Assembly (NCBI GenBank): GCA_963743525.1
Contig: CAVUQH010000003.1
Span: 448,001 to 512,000, forward strand
Direction: 5' to 3'
Source of the DNA: an uncultured delta proteobacterium
GTDB taxonomy: Bacteria; Myxococcota_A; Polyangia; Haliangiales; Haliangiaceae
Length of the DNA: 64,000 nucleotides
Part shown: piece after piece, positions 32,551 to 42,118 of the stretch
Layout of the letters: each line of letters opens with the position of its first letter
Numbering within the stretch: the stretch's first letter is position 1
Position numbers and translations under genes: made by a program
The notes under the pieces: generated by a model
What the model was told of the DNA's origin: nothing
What the model saw: only the letters and a program-made list of their open reading frames with translations
Databases searched by the model: none

Positions 32551-33976
32551 TCGTCGCTGCCCGCCCGCTGCTTGAGCGCGGCGAGCATGGCCTCGAGCTC
32601 ATCCTCTGACGGCGGCGCTGGCTTTTTCACCCCCATGCGCTTCATGAGGGCATCGCGGCTCTCGTCCTCGGGCGCCGGCGGAGCGGTGGGGTCGGCGGCG
32701 AACGCCGGCTCGGGCTCGCTCGCCATGGCCTCGCCGGCGGCGGCCGTCGCGTCGTCGGCTGCCTTGGCCGCGGCCTCTTTGCGCGCCTCGAGGGCCTGCT
32801 GTTGCGCGAGCCTCTTGCGCCTGGCCAACGCCTGCGCCTGGGCGGGAGTGAGCTCGGCGGCGGTCGGCGTTTTCGCCGGGCCTTTCGTCTTCGGCGCCGC
32901 CTCGACCTTCGGCTTCGCGTCCGCCTTCGCCTCCGCCGTCGGCCTTCGCCTTCGCGTCAGCCTTCGCCTTCGCGTCCGCCTTCGCCTTCGCGTCAGCCTT
33001 CGCCTTCGCCTTCGCCTCCGCCTTCGCCTCCGCCGCGGCTTCGCCTTCGCGTCCGCCTTCGCCTCCGCCCCTTCGCCTTCGCGTCAGCCTTCGCCTCCGC
33101 CTTCGCCTCCGCCTTCGCCTCCGCCTTCGCCTCCGCCTTCGCCTCCGCCTTCGCCTTCGCCTTCGCCTTCGCCTCGGCCTTCGCCTCGGCCTTCGCCTTC
33201 GCCTTCGCCGCCCGCCCGGGTCGCGTGGCCAGCGGCCGCGACACCAGCAGCAGGACGGCCCCGCCGACCGCGGTCATCCACATGCCGACGCCGCAGGTCG
33301 CCAGCGTCGGACCGAACATCGCCAGCGCCGCCACGTACGCGTCGATGGCCACGATCGCCCAGCCGGTGACCACCAGCGGGCGCTCGCGCCCCTTCTTGCG
33401 CAGCGCCGACCACACCAGCCAAACGCCGCACAGCGGCATCAGCAGTGCCAGTCCCCACAGCGGGAGCGCGGCCGGTATGCCGACGTCGAGCAGCGGTTCG
33501 TCGCCGTACAGAAGGAATCCGACCGCCGAGGCCGCGAGCAGCACGGCGCCCAGCGGCAGGTTTAGCCACGGCGCGCGCCCCAGGATACCGACCACGATCA
33601 CGGTCATCCCGGCGGCCAACGGGATGAAGTACAGCCACGGCCGGCTCGCTCCCACCAGGTACACCGCCGGGATCAACATCGCGATCGCCGTGAGCCAGCC
33701 GGTGTAGCGCGCCATCCGCCAGCGCAGTGCGCCGAGGATTCCGGTGATCAAGCCCAGCGCCGGGATTGCGGCAAGGCCGGCCCAAAGACCGCCGTCGGCT
33801 GCCAGGTTCAGGCCCGACACCCTGTCGCCGGTCGCCGGCCGATCCATCCACGGGAGAAAGAAGCCGATCGCCACCAGCGCGCCCGCTACCGCGAGCAGGG
33901 TCTCGATGCCCAGCCTGCGGCGGGTGGGCGCGGGTCGATCGGACGCGGACGCGTCCGGATGTCGGGCTTCAGCCAA
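32547..33976 (-). CDS. Multi-pass membrane protein with long Ala/Lys/Glu C-terminal tail; frame broken about three times inside the repeat
   Basis: FFLPW and several TM helices. The AKAE/AKAD repeat continues into the 32547..32828 ORF after indels near 33070, 33035 and 32937. Start is uncertain. Confidence 0.65.
32905..33210 (-). repeat. Low-complexity GCG-AAG/GCG-GAG tandem repeat encoding (AK/AE/AD)n
   Basis: Visible run of cttcgc/ctccgc hexamers on the plus strand. Confidence 0.9.
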
Positions 33977-34152
33977 CGCCCTAAACCCTGATGGACAGGC
34001 ACCTCCGGGTCAAGGAGCCCGCGGGAGTTCCGCGCGCGACGGGTCGTCAGGTTGGGGAAGTCCCCGCAGGCCGAGGCGGCGGCCGAAAAACGCGGCCGCC
34101 CGGCGGGCGACCGCGTCATGACGACGGCGCAGGATTGCGCCGTGGTGCTCGA

Positions 34153-35850
34153 CTACTGGAGGAAGCTCAGGGCGAACCGGTTGATGGTGCCGGTGTCCTG
34201 GGCGGCGTTGTCACTGACGTGGAGGCTCCAGGTGCCGCGGGCGTTGGTGGTGCCGGCCTCGTCGGCGCTCACGGTGTAGGTCTGCTGCAGGTTGTCGGCG
34301 CTGCCGCCGGTGCGGTCCGACAGCACCTTGACCGGGCTGCCGTCGTGGAGCAGCTCCACCTTCAGGTCGCCGCGCCAGGTGTGGGTGATGTCCACGGTCA
34401 CCGAGATGCGCGAGAAGGTGATGTCCTGATCGACGGTGATGTCGCTGCTGGCGCCGTTCGGGTCGTTGTCGGGGATGTTGACCGTGTCGGTGTTGTCGAA
34501 CGAGTCACCGGCGTTGCCGGTGCCCGGGTCGGTCGGCTGGACGGGCTCACGCGACAGGCGGATGAGGGTCTGCACCTTGGCGACATCGACGTAGGGGTTG
34601 CGGCCCCAGCTCGAGCCGACGCCGGTGGGCGCCCACAGGAAGTCGGGGTGGGCGGTCTTGGACGAGCCGCAGTACTCGCCGCCGATGATCTTGCCGCGGT
34701 CGTCGACCTCGAGGATGTAGTGGTAGCTGTCGTGGCTGATGTGGCCGTTCATGCCGCGCGGCTCGGTGGACTGGTACGACTCGGTGATGTAGTCGGTGGT
34801 CAGCTTGACCTCGAACAGCTTCACCGCCTTGTCGTTGTAGGTGTAGGTGTCGCCGCTGGCGCCGATGCACTGGTTGGCCTGGGCCGGGGTGACCTCGTCC
34901 TGCTTGGTGATGTGGTAGCCGACCATCGGCTGGTTCCACACCTCGGCGCCGCCGACGCGGTCCTCGACCAGCGCCGAGTCGTTGATGCCGAGGAAGTTGG
35001 TCAGGATGACGTGCAGGGCGCCGGGGTTGACGTCCTTGCAGTCGGAGTTGGTCGGCCGGCCGACGTCGTCGTGCTCGATGGTCATGGCGTTGCAGCGGCC
35101 GCCCAGCATGGTGGCGTTGGCGCCGTCGTAGACGGTCAGGATCAGCGCCTTGATGTCGGAGACGGCGAAGGTCTGGCCCTCGTAGGTGACCGCGTGCTGC
35201 GGCTCCGGCTCGAGCAGCGCGCCCGGCGACCAGGCGTGGCACAGGCCCCACCAGCCGGCGATGCCGTCGTGGTCCGAGTAGCACTCGTTGACTTCGTTGT
35301 TGTCGTTGTCGTCGGTGCCGTTGTACATGCGCTGCGAGTTCTGGAAGCTGGTCGACTGCCACTTGGCGGCCGGGCCGGCGCAGCCGAGGTAGGTGTCCCA
35401 CTCGGCCTTGGCGTTGTCGCCGCAGCGCTTGGCCGGCATGGTGTCGCAGCCGGGCGCGCCGTTGAACGCGGCGTCGTACTTCTCGAGCGGCGACTTCTCG
35501 TCGGCGCCCTGCCAGCGGGCGTTGGTCGAGCCCTCGGCGGTCGGCCAGTAGCTGGCGGCCCAGGCGGGGACGTCGTTGGGCAGGACCTCGTAGCGGTCCT
35601 TCCACACCGGGTGGTCGAGCTTGCCGTCGAGCGGCAGCTCGGCGATGCGGTAGTTCAGGTTGTGGGCCAGGCGGACCGGATCGTTGCTGTAGTCCCAGGC
35701 GTCACCCTTGCCGCCGGTGGCGTCGGGGTTGTCGTCCTGGTCGCCCGGCAGCTGGATGTGGTCGCCGGCATCGTCGGCGACGGTGCAGGCCGTGGGGGTG
35801 GTGGAGAGGAGGGCCGTTGCGAGTGCGTAGGCGAGGGGAGTGCGTTTCAT
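34153..35850 (-). CDS. Transglutaminase-elicitor-like lipoprotein with C-terminal proprotein convertase P domain
   Basis: Probable lipobox PTAC, WAASYWP, SPLEKYD, WWGLCHAWS, DVNPGALHVIL, EVWNQP, IIGGEY, HPDFLW. P domain has ITHTWRGDL and GTWSLHVSD. Confidence 0.8.
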   Translation of the reverse strand: MKRTPLAYALATALLSTTPTACTVADDAGDHIQLPGDQDDNPDATGGKGDAWDYSNDPVRLAHNLNYRIAELPLDGKLDHPVWKDRYEVLPNDVPAWAASYWPTAEGSTNARWQGADEKSPLEKYDAAFNGAPGCDTMPAKRCGDNAKAEWDTYLGCAGPAAKWQSTSFQNSQRMYNGTDDNDNNEVNECYSDHDGIAGWWGLCHAWSPGALLEPEPQHAVTYEGQTFAVSDIKALILTVYDGANATMLGGRCNAMTIEHDDVGRPTNSDCKDVNPGALHVILTNFLGINDSALVEDRVGGAEVWNQPMVGYHITKQDEVTPAQANQCIGASGDTYTYNDKAVKLFEVKLTTDYITESYQSTEPRGMNGHISHDSYHYILEVDDRGKIIGGEYCGSSKTAHPDFLWAPTGVGSSWGRNPYVDVAKVQTLIRLSREPVQPTDPGTGNAGDSFDNTDTVNIPDNDPNGASSDITVDQDITFSRISVTVDITHTWRGDLKVELLHDGSPVKVLSDRTGGSADNLQQTYTVSADEAGTTNARGTWSLHVSDNAAQDTGTINRFALSFLQ

Positions 35851-35863
35851 GGCCGGACGCATG

Positions 35864-35879
35864 AGCGAAATCGGTGCCA
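35864..35879 (-). promoter_or_regulatory. Putative sigma54 promoter of the transglutaminase-like gene
   Basis: Minus strand TGGCAC-CGATT-TCGCT (GG-N10-GC). ATG begins 14 nt after the GC. Confidence 0.65.
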
Positions 35880-35896
35880 CATGTAGGCGTTAGTAA

Positions 35897-35909
35897 AATC
35901 AGCATCTTG
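35897..35909. promoter_or_regulatory. Putative IHF binding site
   Basis: AATCAGCATCTTG matches WATCARNNNNTTR exactly, in an AT-rich patch just upstream of a sigma54 box. Confidence 0.55.
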
Positions 35910-35978
35910 TGGGCGATCCGAAGCTAGCCGGCAAACGCCGCGGCCACCACCGGACTAGCCACCACGGTGGGTTACGGG

Positions 35979-36068
35979 GTCCGCTGACCCCGGACGTCCG
36001 GGACGCGTCCGGCGCACCGGACGGGCGCGACGGCGGTTCGCGTGGTTGCCCGCGGCACGGCGGTTGCG
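35979..36068 (+). promoter_or_regulatory. comM upstream module: two GTCCG-N6/7-CGGAC palindromes, GGTTCGCGTGGTTGC, and a sigma54 -24/-12 box
   Basis: Palindromes at 35979-35995 and 36007-36022, 15-mer at 36035-36049, CGGCAC-GGCGG-TTGCG at 36053-36068. Confidence 0.7.
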
Positions 36069-36080
36069 ATGGCCGCGGGC

Positions 36081-37676
36081 ATGCTCAGCACCCTCGACTC
36101 CTGCGCCCTCTTCGGCATCGACGCCTTCCCCGTGCAGGTCGAGGTTGACGTCACCGGCGGCAACCTGCCCTCCTATCACGTGGTCGGGTTGCCGGCGACG
36201 TCGATCAAAGAGGGCGGCACCCGCATCCGCTCGGCGCTGGAGCAGATCGGCTGCGCCATGCCGGCCAAGAAGGTGACCGTCAACCTGGCGCCGGCCGACC
36301 GGCGCAAGAGCGGCGCCGCCTTCGACCTGCCGATCGCGATCGGCGTGCTCGAGGCCGACGACCTGGTCGAGCCGAGGCAGCTCGAGGGCATCCTGTGTGC
36401 GGGTGAGCTGGGGCTCGACGGCAGGCTGCGGCCGATCCGCGGCGCGCTGTCGGCGGCGATCCTGGCCCGGGCGCGGGGGCTGCGCGGCGTGCTGGTGCCG
36501 GCGGCGTCGGCGGCCGAGGCGGCGGCGGTCGACGATCTGATCGTCTACGAGGCCGAGCACCTGGGCGAGGTGGTCGCGGCGCTGCGCGGCGAGCTGCCTC
36601 TGCGGCGTCACGTCCGCGGGACCGCGCCGGCGCCGTCGTCGGGCGGACCCGACATGAGCGAGGTCCGCGGTCAGGTGATGGCGCGGGCGGCGCTGGAGAT
36701 CGCGGTCGCCGGCGGCCACAACCTCTTGATGATGGGCCCGCCCGGCATCGGCAAGACCATGCTCGCCCGGCGGCTTCCCGGTATCCTGCCGCCGCTGACC
36801 CGGGACGAGGCGCTGGAGGCGACGCAGATCTACTCCGCCGTCGGCATGGCGCCGGGCGGCATCTTGCGCGAGCGGCCGTTTCGCGCCCCGCATCACTCGA
36901 TCAGTCAGGCGGCCTTGATCGGCGGCGGCGCCCATCCGCGGCCGGGCGAGATCTCGCTGGCCCACCACGGGGTGCTGTTCCTCGACGAGATCCCCGAGTT
37001 CGCCGGCCGCGCGCTGGAGGCGCTGCGCCAGCCGCTGGAAGATCGCGCGGTCACCGTCGGACGGGTGCGCGGGACGGTGACCATGCCGGCCTCGTTCCTC
37101 CTCGTCGGCGCGGCCAATCCGTGCCCGTGCGGCTGGTCCGGCTCCGGCGAGCGCAGCTGCACCTGCAGCCCCACCCGGGTGGAGCGCTATCGCCGCCGGC
37201 TGTCGGGACCGCTGCTGGACCGCATCGATCTACAGGTGATGGTCGAGAACGTATCGCTGCTCGACCTACGCGGCGCCGGGTCGGGCGAGAGCTCGGCGGC
37301 GATCCGCGCCCGGGTGGTGGAGGCGCGCGACCGCCAGCGCACCCGGCTGGCGCCGTACGGCGCGCGGACCAACGCCGAGATGTCGGTGCGCGCCCTTCGG
37401 GCCACCTGCCGCCTCGACGGCCGGGCCGAGGAGACCCTGCGCCGGCTTCACCAGCGGCGCCGGGGGATGACCGCGCGCACCGTGGACCGGATGATCAAGG
37501 TGGCGCGGACGATCGCGGACTTACGCGGCCTCGAGGTGGTCGACGCCGGCTGCATCGGCGAGGCGGCCGCCTATCGGGCGCTGGACAACGACCCGGTCTC
37601 CGACGTGCGGCTGCGCCGGCCTGCTCGCCTCCCCCAACGACGGAGCCAGCCCGCCGCAAACATCATCAAACAGTGA
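36081..37676 (+). CDS. comM: ComM/YifB Mg-chelatase-like AAA+ ATPase
   Basis: VNLAPADRRKSG, GGHNLLMMGPPGIGKTMLA, RPFRAPHH, PGEISLAHHGVLFLDE, NPCPCG, LSGPLLDRID. Confidence 0.95.
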   Translation: MLSTLDSCALFGIDAFPVQVEVDVTGGNLPSYHVVGLPATSIKEGGTRIRSALEQIGCAMPAKKVTVNLAPADRRKSGAAFDLPIAIGVLEADDLVEPRQLEGILCAGELGLDGRLRPIRGALSAAILARARGLRGVLVPAASAAEAAAVDDLIVYEAEHLGEVVAALRGELPLRRHVRGTAPAPSSGGPDMSEVRGQVMARAALEIAVAGGHNLLMMGPPGIGKTMLARRLPGILPPLTRDEALEATQIYSAVGMAPGGILRERPFRAPHHSISQAALIGGGAHPRPGEISLAHHGVLFLDEIPEFAGRALEALRQPLEDRAVTVGRVRGTVTMPASFLLVGAANPCPCGWSGSGERSCTCSPTRVERYRRRLSGPLLDRIDLQVMVENVSLLDLRGAGSGESSAAIRARVVEARDRQRTRLAPYGARTNAEMSVRALRATCRLDGRAEETLRRLHQRRRGMTARTVDRMIKVARTIADLRGLEVVDAGCIGEAAAYRALDNDPVSDVRLRRPARLPQRRSQPAANIIKQ

Positions 37677-37715
37677 GGGCGATTACCCCGGTGGAGCGTG
37701 GTAGGGTGCCCGGGT

Positions 37716-38522
37716 TTGACTCCGACGGACTACATCGAGTCTCCCGAGCTGTCGCCCATGGAGCGCCGGTTGGTGCGCGTTTGCCAGCACATCAACGAGG
37801 ATGCCCGAGCCAAACGGCTGCAGACCCGCTTCCACGAGCTGTTCGGCATGCGCTGGGTGTCGGCGTGCATGAAGAACCTGCTCGACGTCGGCGGCCTCGA
37901 GCGGATGTTCGAGCTGCGCCCCGAGCAGGGCGTGATCATCTGCTCCAACCACCGCTCGTTCTTCGACATGTACGTCATCGCGGCGGTGCTGCGCACGCGC
38001 AAGGTGCCGTGGGTGCGCGACATGTTCTTCCCGGTGCGCACGCCGTTCTTCTACGAGAAGTGGAGCGGCCTGGCGGTCAACCTGCTCATGGGCGGCGGCG
38101 CGATGTATCCGCCGATCTTCCGCGACACCGCCAAGGCCGACCTCAACAAGCTGTCGGTCGATCGCATCGTCGAGTTCTTGTCGAGGCCCGGCGTCGTCGT
38201 CGGCATGCACCCCGAGGGCACGCGTGGCAAGGGACCCGATCCGCTCGAGCTGCTCCGCGCCCAGCCGGGCGTCGGTCAGATGGCGCTGCAGTCCGGCGCC
38301 CCGGTGGTGCCGATCTGGATCGAAGGGCTGAGCAACGACATGCCGCGGCAGATCGCCTCCAACTTCGGCGTCGGTGAGGCGCGCCCGATCATCCTGCGTT
38401 TCGGCCGGCCGGTGGACCTCTCCGACCTGGCCGCGCAGCGGGCTCGGGCCACCGTCTACAAGCGCGCCGCCGACCGCATCCTCGACGCCATCCGCGAGCT
38501 CGGCCAGTCGGTTCGCGCCTAG
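37716..38522 (+). CDS. Lysophospholipid acyltransferase (PlsC family)
   Basis: NHRSFFD (HxxxxD), HPEGTR, PVVP. Start is an estimate. Confidence 0.88.
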   Translation: MTPTDYIESPELSPMERRLVRVCQHINEDARAKRLQTRFHELFGMRWVSACMKNLLDVGGLERMFELRPEQGVIICSNHRSFFDMYVIAAVLRTRKVPWVRDMFFPVRTPFFYEKWSGLAVNLLMGGGAMYPPIFRDTAKADLNKLSVDRIVEFLSRPGVVVGMHPEGTRGKGPDPLELLRAQPGVGQMALQSGAPVVPIWIEGLSNDMPRQIASNFGVGEARPIILRFGRPVDLSDLAAQRARATVYKRAADRILDAIRELGQSVRA

Positions 38523-38541
38523 CCCGGTCGAGCACCGGCGG

Positions 38542-39201
38542 CTACTGCGCGATGCACAGGCCGGTTTCGATGCCGTTGAGCGTTCCGATCGAGTGACAGG
38601 TCTGCCCGGTGTCGCAGGTGTCGTTGCCGACCACGCACAGCTTGGTGCACTGCCCGGTGCCGTCGCCGTCGGCGTCCCAGCAGCCCAGGCTCTCGATGCA
38701 CTCGGTGACGTCGTTGCAGTCCTCGTCGAGCTGGGCGTTGCCGAACCAGCCGGTCGGCACGCAGGCCGACGCCAGCATGCCGTCGCGGTCGAACTCGATC
38801 TCGCACTCGTAGCCGGCGGGGCAGGTGCCGATCGCGGTCACGTCGCAGTCGTCGTTGCAGACGTACGCGTCCCCGTTGCTCCAGCCGCACTGGGCTTCGC
38901 CCGGCCCGCCGGTGCTGCAGTCGCTGGTGTCGGTGCACAGCGTGCGACACAGACCGTCGGTGCAGCTCAGGCCCGTGGTGCAGTCGTCAACCTGGTCGCA
39001 CGGCATTCCCTCGGTGTTGGTTCCGATCGGGCGACAGGCGAGCCGTCCGGCGCCCTGGTCGAAGTCGCACATCTGCCCCTCGCCGCACGAGCCGTCGTCG
39101 GGCAGCGTGCAGTCCTTGCCCACGGGTCGGTCGATGCCGAGGATCGACGAGCAGCCCGGCAGCGCGGCCAGGAGCAGCAGCGCGGTGGCCAGGCGGCGCA
39201 C
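38542..39201 (-). CDS. Cys-rich lipoprotein
   Basis: Lipobox LPGC and more than 20 Cys in disulfide-type repeats. Start overlaps the upstream stop. Confidence 0.8.
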   Translation of the reverse strand: MRRLATALLLLAALPGCSSILGIDRPVGKDCTLPDDGSCGEGQMCDFDQGAGRLACRPIGTNTEGMPCDQVDDCTTGLSCTDGLCRTLCTDTSDCSTGGPGEAQCGWSNGDAYVCNDDCDVTAIGTCPAGYECEIEFDRDGMLASACVPTGWFGNAQLDEDCNDVTECIESLGCWDADGDGTGQCTKLCVVGNDTCDTGQTCHSIGTLNGIETGLCIAQ

Positions 39202-40265
39202 TAGAAGCGCCCTCCCACAGTCAGGCCGATGCTCTTGCGTCCGAGCACCGGCTGTACGGCGACCGCGCGCTCCGGCGCGGGCGCGGTGAGGTAGAGGACG
39301 GCCCCGGCGGCGACGACCGCGAGGCCGGCGGCGGTGAAGATGTTCGCCTGGGTGGCCCAGTCGCGCGCGCGGCTGACGATGTCGCGAGCCTCGCCGATGT
39401 CGCCGTCGCACTGGGTCACGTCGCCGCCGCACACATCGGCGGCGTCGCCGTCGAGCTTCCACGCCCACCCGCCCATGACCAGACCCGCCGCGGTGACGGC
39501 CACACCGGCACCGCCGACGATCATCCCGAGGCGGCGCCGCGAGCTCTTTTTCGGCACTGGCGGTGGGGTGGTCGGGGTCAGCACGGGATGGGTTCCATGG
39601 TCACCGGCGTCGCCACTGGCGCGGTCATCGGTGGCGGTGCTCGTCCCGGTGTCGGTGGCGGTGCTCGCGCCGGTGTCGGTCGCGGTGCCCGCTCCGGTGT
39701 CGGTCGCGGGCGCCTCGGCCAGCGGCGGGATCGCGACGGTGACCGTGTCGCCCTCCACGGTCAGCGCTACGGATCGTTTCCAGGTCGCGCGGCCGGGGGC
39801 GCGGGCGACGATCTCGTAGCTGCCGGGATCTGTCGGCGTGGGCAGGTCAACGATGGCGGTGACGTCGACCCCGCTGCGCTCGATGACCATCCCCGGCGCC
39901 TTCTCGCTGACGTGAAGCAGCAGGCGTACCAGGCGCGGCTCGAGCTGCTTGGCCCGGCGGGCGCTGTCGGCCTTGCGTCGGGCGTTGGTGTCAACCGCGG
40001 CCAGCTCGTTGAACTCGGTCCACGCCGAAGCCAGCCGGCCGAGCTTGGTGTAGCAGAGGCCGAGGTTGTACTGGGTGCCGTGTTGCGGGTCGAGCTTCTG
40101 GCTGCGCTCGAACTGCTCGCACGCCTGGGCGGTCTTGCCCTTGGCCATCAGCGCGCGCCCCTGGCGGAACGCGACCTCGGCCGCCGCCTTGTTCTCGGTC
40201 TGCGCCTGCGCGGCGCGCCCCGGCACCAGCACCCCCAGCGCGGCGATCAACACGAACACCCGCAT
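39201..40265 (-). CDS. TPR/PEGA-like exported protein with C-terminal hydrophobic and beta segments
   Basis: Signal peptide, AEVAFRQG...AC..FERS..LDP, NLGLCY, and C-terminal TVGGRF. Confidence 0.8.
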   Translation of the reverse strand: MRVFVLIAALGVLVPGRAAQAQTENKAAAEVAFRQGRALMAKGKTAQACEQFERSQKLDPQHGTQYNLGLCYTKLGRLASAWTEFNELAAVDTNARRKADSARRAKQLEPRLVRLLLHVSEKAPGMVIERSGVDVTAIVDLPTPTDPGSYEIVARAPGRATWKRSVALTVEGDTVTVAIPPLAEAPATDTGAGTATDTGASTATDTGTSTATDDRASGDAGDHGTHPVLTPTTPPPVPKKSSRRRLGMIVGGAGVAVTAAGLVMGGWAWKLDGDAADVCGGDVTQCDGDIGEARDIVSRARDWATQANIFTAAGLAVVAAGAVLYLTAPAPERAVAVQPVLGRKSIGLTVGGRF

Positions 40266-40288
40266 GGGCCGATGATGCCTCAAGAGTA

Positions 40289-41641
40289 CTAGTAGCGCGA
40301 GCGCGACAGGTCGTTGTCCGAGGGCGGCGGTTTCGGCGTGGGCTCGTCCACCGTCGTGCGTCGCCTGGTGCTCCGTTTCTTCACCGACTTCTTGGGCGAT
40401 TTCTTGGCCGCCGTCTGCATCGGCGGTACCGGCGCCGGCGGCTCGACGGCGGTCTTGGCCGGCAGTCCGGCGTCGATCGCGGGCGCCGCCGGGGTGGCCA
40501 CCATCGCCGGCGCCACGGCGGCGTCGCTGCCTGCCGGTGCCTGCGCCGGGGCGGCCTCGTGGCTGCCGCCGCCCGTGGTCAGTGCGATGACGGCGATGCC
40601 GCCACCGACCAGCGCGAACAGCGCCAGCACGGTGACGAACACGCGGGTCTGGCTGGCGCGGGCGCGTGCGTGGCTGGAGCCCGAGGTCGCCGCCAGGTCG
40701 TCGATCGTGCCGGGCGCCGCGCCCGCGGCGCTCACCGGCGCCGTCGGCGGTCGCGGCTGCAGCCCCATGGTCCGCGCAATTCGCGCGGCGGCGGCCTGGG
40801 CGTCGGCCGATCCGAATGGCGCCAGGTCGGCGGCGAGCTCGGCCAGGTTGGGGTAGCGGCTGCTCGGCGCCTTCTCCAGGCAGCGGGCGACCGTGGCTTC
40901 GAAGCCCGGCGCGCCCAGGCTCATCGGCGGCGTCGGATCCATGCCGATGCGCAGCGCGACCTCGGTGATCGTATCGGCCGCGAACGGCTGCCGGCCGACG
41001 GTCAGCTCGTAGAGGATCACGCCCAGCGACCAGATGTCGGAGCGGGCGTCGCAGTCGCGCGCCGAACGCAGCGCCTCGGGCGACATGTAGACCGGCGAGC
41101 CCATCACCGTATCGGTGCGGGTCAGCTCGAAGCCCGGGTCGCCCGGGCTGGCCTTGGAGATGCCGAAGTCGAGCACCTTGATCAACGGGGAGCCGTCGGT
41201 GCGCTGGGTGCGAAACAGGTTGGCGGGCTTGAGGTCGCGGTGGACGATGCCGGCGGCGTGGGCCTCGGCGATCGCCTCGCACGCCTGCAGGACGTAGTCG
41301 ACCGCTTCGGTGACCCGCAGCCGCCCGTGGTGGCGCAGCATCTGCGCCAGGTCGGAGCCCTCGAGGAACTCCATGACCATGTACGGGGTGCCGTCCGGAG
41401 TCTCGCCGACATCGATGACCCGACCGACGTGCTCGCTGCGCAACATGGCCGACGCCCGCGCCTCGCGCAGGAACCGCTCGACCGCGTCGCGGTTGCTCAG
41501 CGCCTCGGGATGGAGGAACTTGATCGCGACCCGCTGGCCCAGGGTGCGGTGAACGGCGGCCACGACGTATCCCATCCCGCCTTCGCCGAGCGTCTGCTCG
41601 ATCTCGTACTTGTCCGCAAGGACCACCCCCGGCTCCACCAT
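40289..41641 (-). CDS. Membrane Ser/Thr protein kinase
   Basis: LGEGGMG, VAIK, HRDLKPAN, DFG, GSPVYMSPE, DIWSLG, TM helix. Confidence 0.95.
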   Translation of the reverse strand: MVEPGVVLADKYEIEQTLGEGGMGYVVAAVHRTLGQRVAIKFLHPEALSNRDAVERFLREARASAMLRSEHVGRVIDVGETPDGTPYMVMEFLEGSDLAQMLRHHGRLRVTEAVDYVLQACEAIAEAHAAGIVHRDLKPANLFRTQRTDGSPLIKVLDFGISKASPGDPGFELTRTDTVMGSPVYMSPEALRSARDCDARSDIWSLGVILYELTVGRQPFAADTITEVALRIGMDPTPPMSLGAPGFEATVARCLEKAPSSRYPNLAELAADLAPFGSADAQAAAARIARTMGLQPRPPTAPVSAAGAAPGTIDDLAATSGSSHARARASQTRVFVTVLALFALVGGGIAVIALTTGGGSHEAAPAQAPAGSDAAVAPAMVATPAAPAIDAGLPAKTAVEPPAPVPPMQTAAKKSPKKSVKKRSTRRRTTVDEPTPKPPPSDNDLSRSRY

Positions 41642-41926
41642 CTGTCCGGAGGATAGGCGAAAAGCAGTCGCGGGCGCCCGCAATTTGCGGAATCGCCCCG
41701 GCTGACAGCGGCGCGGTGGGCGTTGCTCACCGCGCGGTCAACGACCTGGAGCGGCGTCGATGCGCCGCATGGGTGAGGCGGCTCTCCCGCCACGCCGCGG
41801 CGTTACGACCCATGGTCACTCGAGTTGCCGGTGCGTCACGATTGCACAGTGCGACGTCCCGGTATCACGTCTCATGAGACGCGCACTCGCGAGCGGTGCA
41901 CGGGAAGAATCGCTCGACTTGCGGAC

Positions 41927-41959
41927 AAAAAAAGAGCCACCGCGGGGAGGCGGTGGCTC
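41927..41959 (-). terminator. Intrinsic terminator
   Basis: Minus strand GAGCCACCGC-CTCCCC-GCGGTGGCTC followed by T7. Confidence 0.9.
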
Positions 41960-42092
41960 GGGACATCCCAGATGTTGCGTGCGTTCGAGGGAGGGAGGGA
42001 GCCGGGATGTCCTTTATGTCCGTCGTGAGGGGAAACAGTGGGAGGCGTCCTGCCTATTCCCCCACCCCGAGGGTGGGACCATGTTTCCTGCA
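41927..42092 (-). ncRNA. Candidate sigma54-dependent small RNA (~165 nt)
   Basis: Bounded by a consensus -24/-12 box and an intrinsic terminator. Several internal stems and no ORF with host-like codon bias. Confidence 0.7.
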
Positions 42093-42102
42093 TATTTTCT
42101 GG

Positions 42103-42118
42103 AGCAACGCGCGTGCCA
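42103..42118 (-). promoter_or_regulatory. Sigma54 -24/-12 promoter
   Basis: TGGCAC-GCGCG-TTGCT, a full consensus match. Confidence 0.85.

Noticed and set aside
38542..41641. Kinase-TPR/PEGA-Cys-rich lipoprotein triplet as a novel system
   Set aside because: This arrangement is common in myxobacterial genomes, and nothing distinctive is visible here.
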